A DNA stretch of 64,000 nt, taken from positions 6,076,001-6,140,000 of the forward strand of contig NC_092671.1 in the NCBI RefSeq assembly GCF_964355755.1, read 5' to 3'. The notes beneath the pieces are model-generated. The model did not search any database and was not told the origin of the DNA. It was given only the letters and a program-made list of their open reading frames with translations. Each line of letters begins with the position of its first letter. Within the stretch, counting starts at the first letter, position 1. Of the stretch, positions 59,877 to 64,000 are shown one piece after another. The stretch comes from Antedon mediterranea (Eukaryota; Animalia; Echinodermata). Made by a program: the position numbers and the translations under genes.

Positions 59877-62800
59877 CTTAAAATATAAAATAATATTCTT
59901 TAAATTTTACCATTCAATGCATACATTTAAAGTAATCTTGTAGTAGAGAATAGGTATAAGCATTTTTTAATCTTTCTATCTATTGATTAGATAATTATGC
60001 TGTTTTTATTAAGCTCTGTCTACACTATCAAACTAGTTTGAGAAAACACGTGTTATGCCCAAATATAGTAGTGACATCATCATGTCCACCATATATGGGC
60101 ATATCATATTTTTTCCCACATAAAATTTGATAGTGTAGACAGAGCTTAAGGCGAAAGACGTAGGCCTACTGCGAGCCAGGTTTGGCCAAATGACAGATTT
60201 TTGTTGTTGACTCATTAAATTTTTTAGTGTATGCACCTGTCCTTTTGAACTGCTTAGTGACCCTTTTATGAGATTCTATGCAAATTTCAATTATCTTGTG
60301 ATATTTGGTTTTTCAGAAACGGCTGACAAGATTGAAAGATGTTCTGGTTATTTGGTGCCTGCAGTATGTTCGGATGCTTACAAAGCCTTTGAACAAGGCC
60401 TGTGTGAGAATCTTAACTACTAAGCTACCATACCATGAACTACTTCTGTTCTTCCATAGATTTGCATTAAACAGTTGATTACTTAGAAGTACAGTAGCTG
60501 AACTTCAATTCTCAAAAAAACATGATTACAAAACTAAGTCTGTAAGTTTATACTGTATATAACTTTTATAAATCACTTTGATCGCAGCAGATTTCCAGAG
60601 GATTTTGTATTCCTATGTGTTACCACAATTAGTCTCAGTTACTCATTCATCAATATTGAAAGGAGATTCTTACCATGTGCGATTGTATTGTCTTTAATCT
60701 AATTCTTACAGTTTACAGATTTCTAAGCTAATAGTCATATTCCCCAAGTTCATAGGTAATTTCTCTAAAGACATTGCAATATCAATACCATATCTATGTG
60801 GGCGAGATTGGCCAGTTAACAAAATTTGTTCAACTGTAAGTCTGAAATAAACTGAATAAATATTGGAGAATACTCAGAAACCTTGTCTTGGATTGAAATG
60901 AAATTATAAACTATTATTAATGAGGTTTGATTGTTGTCTGCAATTGAATACCCATATTAAATTATCATTGTTATCCTATGCTCTTTAACTTTAAGTAATT
61001 GACTATTCAAGGTAATACTGTATATACAATTAGGTAGATGAATATTCACGACTAAAGCTCTGTCTACATTAATTTGATAGTGATAGATAGACAGATATGG
61101 TAGTGATATGTCTAAATATGTAAGTAATATGACATCATCATGTATATATAGGCAAATCATTTTTTTTTCACATAAAGTTTGATAGTGTATACAGAGCTTA
61201 AGGTAATATATTGCTATTTAACAACAATAACATAAGACAAACAGGTAAGGTTCTGGTGACATTAAAATTTAGACGCTTCCCTGTGAGACATTACACCCTG
61301 AACAATGACTTTCAAAAACTCTGAAATTGCAAACACACTAACCTTCTTCCTGAGAGTCAGCATTGCAGATGCGACTGTTATGTGTGCTTCATTATCCTGA
61401 GAAAAAAAAAATGGGCATAAAAAAAGTTATAACCATTTCAAAATCATGATTTCTTTTGTTGTCGGTGACATAAACAGGTCAAGTTAGTCGATTAATTTGA
61501 TTTGATATTTGGACCCTCAGGATATATAATACCCTTCCAAGAACTACTTTATCCATGGTACTATGCCAACAAGTGGTTATAGTTTTAATTTTTGTTATAC
61601 TAAAATGTCATTATTATTTTATATAAAATGCAGGGGTTGGAGAAATCAATGGAAGACACTAATGGAGGTTTTCTTCAGGGAGGAGTTAAATTACACTCTT
61701 ACCTTTCTTGGTATGGTGTAAGTATACTTATTATACTTGGTAACAGAATGCTTTTGTACTGATGGCTGGCCTACAAACAGCTGAAGAAAATCTAAGTAAT
61801 GAAACCTAAAAAGAAAATAAATCAAAATTAATCAAATAAATAGAACATATTTTAAGTTTATTCTTTAGAAGTCCAATTAGGATAAAAGAGAAAAGGATAT
61901 GGTGCTATTTTCAGCTACAATTATACAGAAAAAATATTGTTATAAATGTCCTTTTCTTATAGGCAGGACAAGTGAAAAACGATAGTTAAAAGTGTTTACA
62001 ATATATTTATACAAAAAACACTAAAACTTGTTGCCTCCGCAATTAAACAAGTCTAATGAAACAGCATACTTCTAAAATTATTTAAAAATACATTTTACTA
62101 TTTTATATTATGCCAACACCATATGAAAGGTATTAATGTTTACAATATAACTATGAAATACCAAATGGAAAAATGAAATATGTATGTTTGGTGTTCAACT
62201 TACAGTCCATTGTGATTAATATCAAATCTGTCACTCAGTTCGTCCAGTTCAACATTTGATAAATTTAGCTTTAGGTCATGAGACAGACTCTGCAAAAATA
62301 AGTAAAAATATGCCGCATAAAGTATGTCTTTTTTTGATTATGTGAATTGTTTAAAAAAAAATGAATAGTAAAATGTATGGTTTGAAAAATAAATAGTAAA
62401 ATATATTGTTTAAAAATAAATAGTAATATAAATTGTTTACAAAATGAATAGTAAAATGTATTGTTTAAAAAATGAATAGTAAAATGTATTGTTTAAAAAA
62501 TGAATAGTAAAATGTATTGTTTTCTGGGTATCATTTCATTCAATGGGTTTTAGCTCAGTTCTTAATTTACATGATACATTTTATGATTATGGTTGAGTGA
62601 GAACTCCGTTAAGAAGTGAACTTACATGGAAATCTGAGATTGGTACACAAGTTGAACCCTGTGGGTCCAATTCTCTTAAAGTTTGCTTGATATAGCTCCA
62701 ATTTTTAACGATCTAAAAAAAATAGTAGATTAAAAAGCTCGAAAATGACAGTACAATATGGTGCTTCTTCAAGACAGGCTTGATTTAGTTGCAGTTAAAA

Positions 62801-63937
62801 AAATTTAAAATTAATATGATAAATTACACCATTTTAAATTTATAACTACAGTATACAGTAAGTTATTTTAGAAATACCAAAATAATAAAGCTAAAATCTA
62901 CCCAAGGAATTTTAATTTGACCAATAAAATGTTGTTTGTCTTCTAACAGGAACAAAGAATATGAACACCGGTGCCCCGTTATAGTTAACACGCTTTCTAC
63001 CCGGAAACCGTCTTATTCCTACAACGCATACATGTGGTAGGTATTAGATAGCAGATTTCCGTTGATTTATTTTAAACAACATTCAGACTGTTTTGAAAGA
63101 AGTCTGTTTATGAAGGTGTAAAATGACAGATAGAATGACATTTATAATTTTTGACCTGAACAGCCATTAGCAGTAAAGTCTACACTATCAAACTAGTTTG
63201 ACAAAAAAAGTGTGATATGCCCAAATATGGTAGTGATATGTTCAAATATGGTAGTGATATGACATCATCATGTCCATATATGGGCACATCACATTTTTTT
63301 GTCACATAAAGTTTGATAGTATAGACAGGGCTTAAGAGTCTTTTATTCTGTGCATGATCAGGAACATTTGAGAAAACGAAAGGTCGCTAGTGTCTGATAT
63401 AGCAAGTCCCAAACTATTTTCATATAATTTTTTTTTTTAAGGTATATTTTAATGCATCATTTGTTATGAAAATAAAGTTTAAATTTTCATGTGTATCCTT
63501 TATATTTCCTGTAAGCATCACAAGGGACATCAGACTCAGGCATGGAAATGAGTTTATTGGCAAATTGCCATAATATCAAGAATCCTCTTGAAAGAACAAT
63601 AGACTTAGGTGTCTCTTGAGAACATGGGTAAAGCAGTCGTGAAGAGTGAGATCAAAAAAGTGTTGAATATAGAAATTGTATACAAAATAGTTGTACATAT
63701 GATACAAAAAGACAGCTGCAGTCATTTGAATAATTGTATAAAAACGGTATCCTAAATGTTGTGAACATTTTTTATGAATATGTTCTGGAAAAATCCCTGC
63801 GACAAAAATGGTTACCTTTGGCGATATTTTTTTGATAATACTTGATTGATATTCGAACTGTTTTTTGTTTGTAGAATCATCATCCATCTTGTTCCCAACA
63901 AAGTTCAAACCCAAAGATTGGCTGCTCTTCAATGCGT
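59661..63937 (-). CDS. EFCAB6: Multi-EF-hand protein, EFCAB6-like; last six coding exons (gene continues beyond the window)
   Basis: complement join(63937-63816, 62712-62626, 62289-62204, 61805-61703, 61396-61343, 59876-59661), GT-AG with consistent phases. Translation: ..SSIIKKISPK IVKNWSYIKQTLRELDPQGSTCVPISDFH SLSHDLKLNLSNVELDELSDRFDINHNGL FHYLDFLQLF..RK DNEAHITVASAMLTLRKK LLQNWKSLRRAFRKADLNNDGFLSIVEFKSIL..DLYHVLSEFDENMDGKISYDEFISRIIE*. The repeated W..(L/I)...F...D EF-pair unit recalls EFCAB6; the symbol is tentative. Confidence 0.8.
60012..60146. mobile_element. MITE family A
   Basis: Complete TIR pair. Confidence 0.85.
61056..61198. mobile_element. MITE family A with TAA TSD
   Basis: TAA|AGCTCTGTCTACA ... 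TAGTGTATACAGAGCT|TAA. Confidence 0.85.
61343..61396 (-). CDS. EFCAB6-like internal exon (54 nt)
   Basis: ttttctcag|DNEAHITVASAMLTLRKK|gttagt. Confidence 0.75.
61703..61805 (-). CDS. EFCAB6-like internal exon (103 nt)
   Basis: tttttag|G FHYLDFLQLFVGQ..IPRK|gtaaga. Confidence 0.82.
62204..62289 (-). CDS. EFCAB6-like internal exon (86 nt)
   Basis: ttttgcag|SLSHDLKLNLSNVELDELSDRFDINHNG CT|gtaagt. Confidence 0.84.
62355..62522. repeat. ~27-bp AT-rich minisatellite, ~6 units
   Basis: AAAAAATGAATAGTAAAATGTATTGTTT repeated head to tail. Confidence 0.9.
62626..62712 (-). CDS. EFCAB6-like internal exon (87 nt)
   Basis: ttttttag|IVKNWSYIKQTLRELDPQGSTCVPISDFH|gtaagt. Confidence 0.82.
63175..63332. 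mobile_element. MITE family A
   Basis: Family body and TIRs; the left TIR is shortened. Confidence 0.85.
63816..63937 (-). CDS. EFCAB6-like internal exon (122 nt)
   Basis: ttttgtag|AC ALKSSQSLG..SSIIKKISPK|gtaacc; ends in phase 0 and joins IVKNW. Confidence 0.72.
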
Positions 63938-64000
63938 CTACAAAATAAAGTAACTTCCTATTAAAAGCTCCTGTCATCAAAAGATGGAGAATTTGATGAT

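Noticed and set aside
55947-61267. Inversion or giant composite transposon bounded by the 110-bp inverted repeats
   Set aside because: EF-hand exons inside (59661-59876) and outside (61343 onward) keep the same orientation and order.
62355-62522. CRISPR-like array (also the 26.1-kb and 58-kb repeats)
   Set aside because: Head-to-tail repeats without unique spacers, in a eukaryotic context with no cas genes.
63576-63980. 134-aa minus-strand ORF as a standalone gene
   Set aside because: Only 63816-63937 is bounded by splice sites and joins the EF-hand gene; the rest is intron read-through.

Overview
AT-rich, intron-containing animal genomic DNA, not prokaryotic. A Deu-domain-like SINE and the repeat landscape suggest an invertebrate deuterostome such as an echinoderm (inference). 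The window holds three host genes. (1) A complete excitatory amino-acid transporter (SLC1A2/EAAT2-like) on + with 9 coding exons, 39745-51586, 538 aa by my splicing, all introns GT-AG with consistent phases. (2) The last six coding exons of a convergent multi-EF-hand gene (EFCAB6-like) on -, 59661-63937, continuing past the window end. (3) A candidate orphan 142-aa gene on - (641-1069) with LC8-type TQT motifs, CxxCxxC and a coiled coil. The rest is intron, UTR or intergenic DNA full of mobile elements: about 20 copies of one ~150-bp Harbinger-type MITE, several larger non-autonomous Harbingers (one carrying a Myb/SANT fragment), a Kolobok-like element, Tc1/mariner-type MITEs, two DINE-1/Helentron-like elements, tRNA-derived and Deu SINEs, an inverted RTE LINE fragment and a decayed Penelope-like retroelement. 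The most notable observations are two minimal hammerhead-ribozyme folds (one non-canonical), a readable template-switch duplication, likely Tc1/mariner excision footprints across the window, and the orphan gene. I see no clearly novel multi-gene system. Family assignments come from motif recognition, not database searches.
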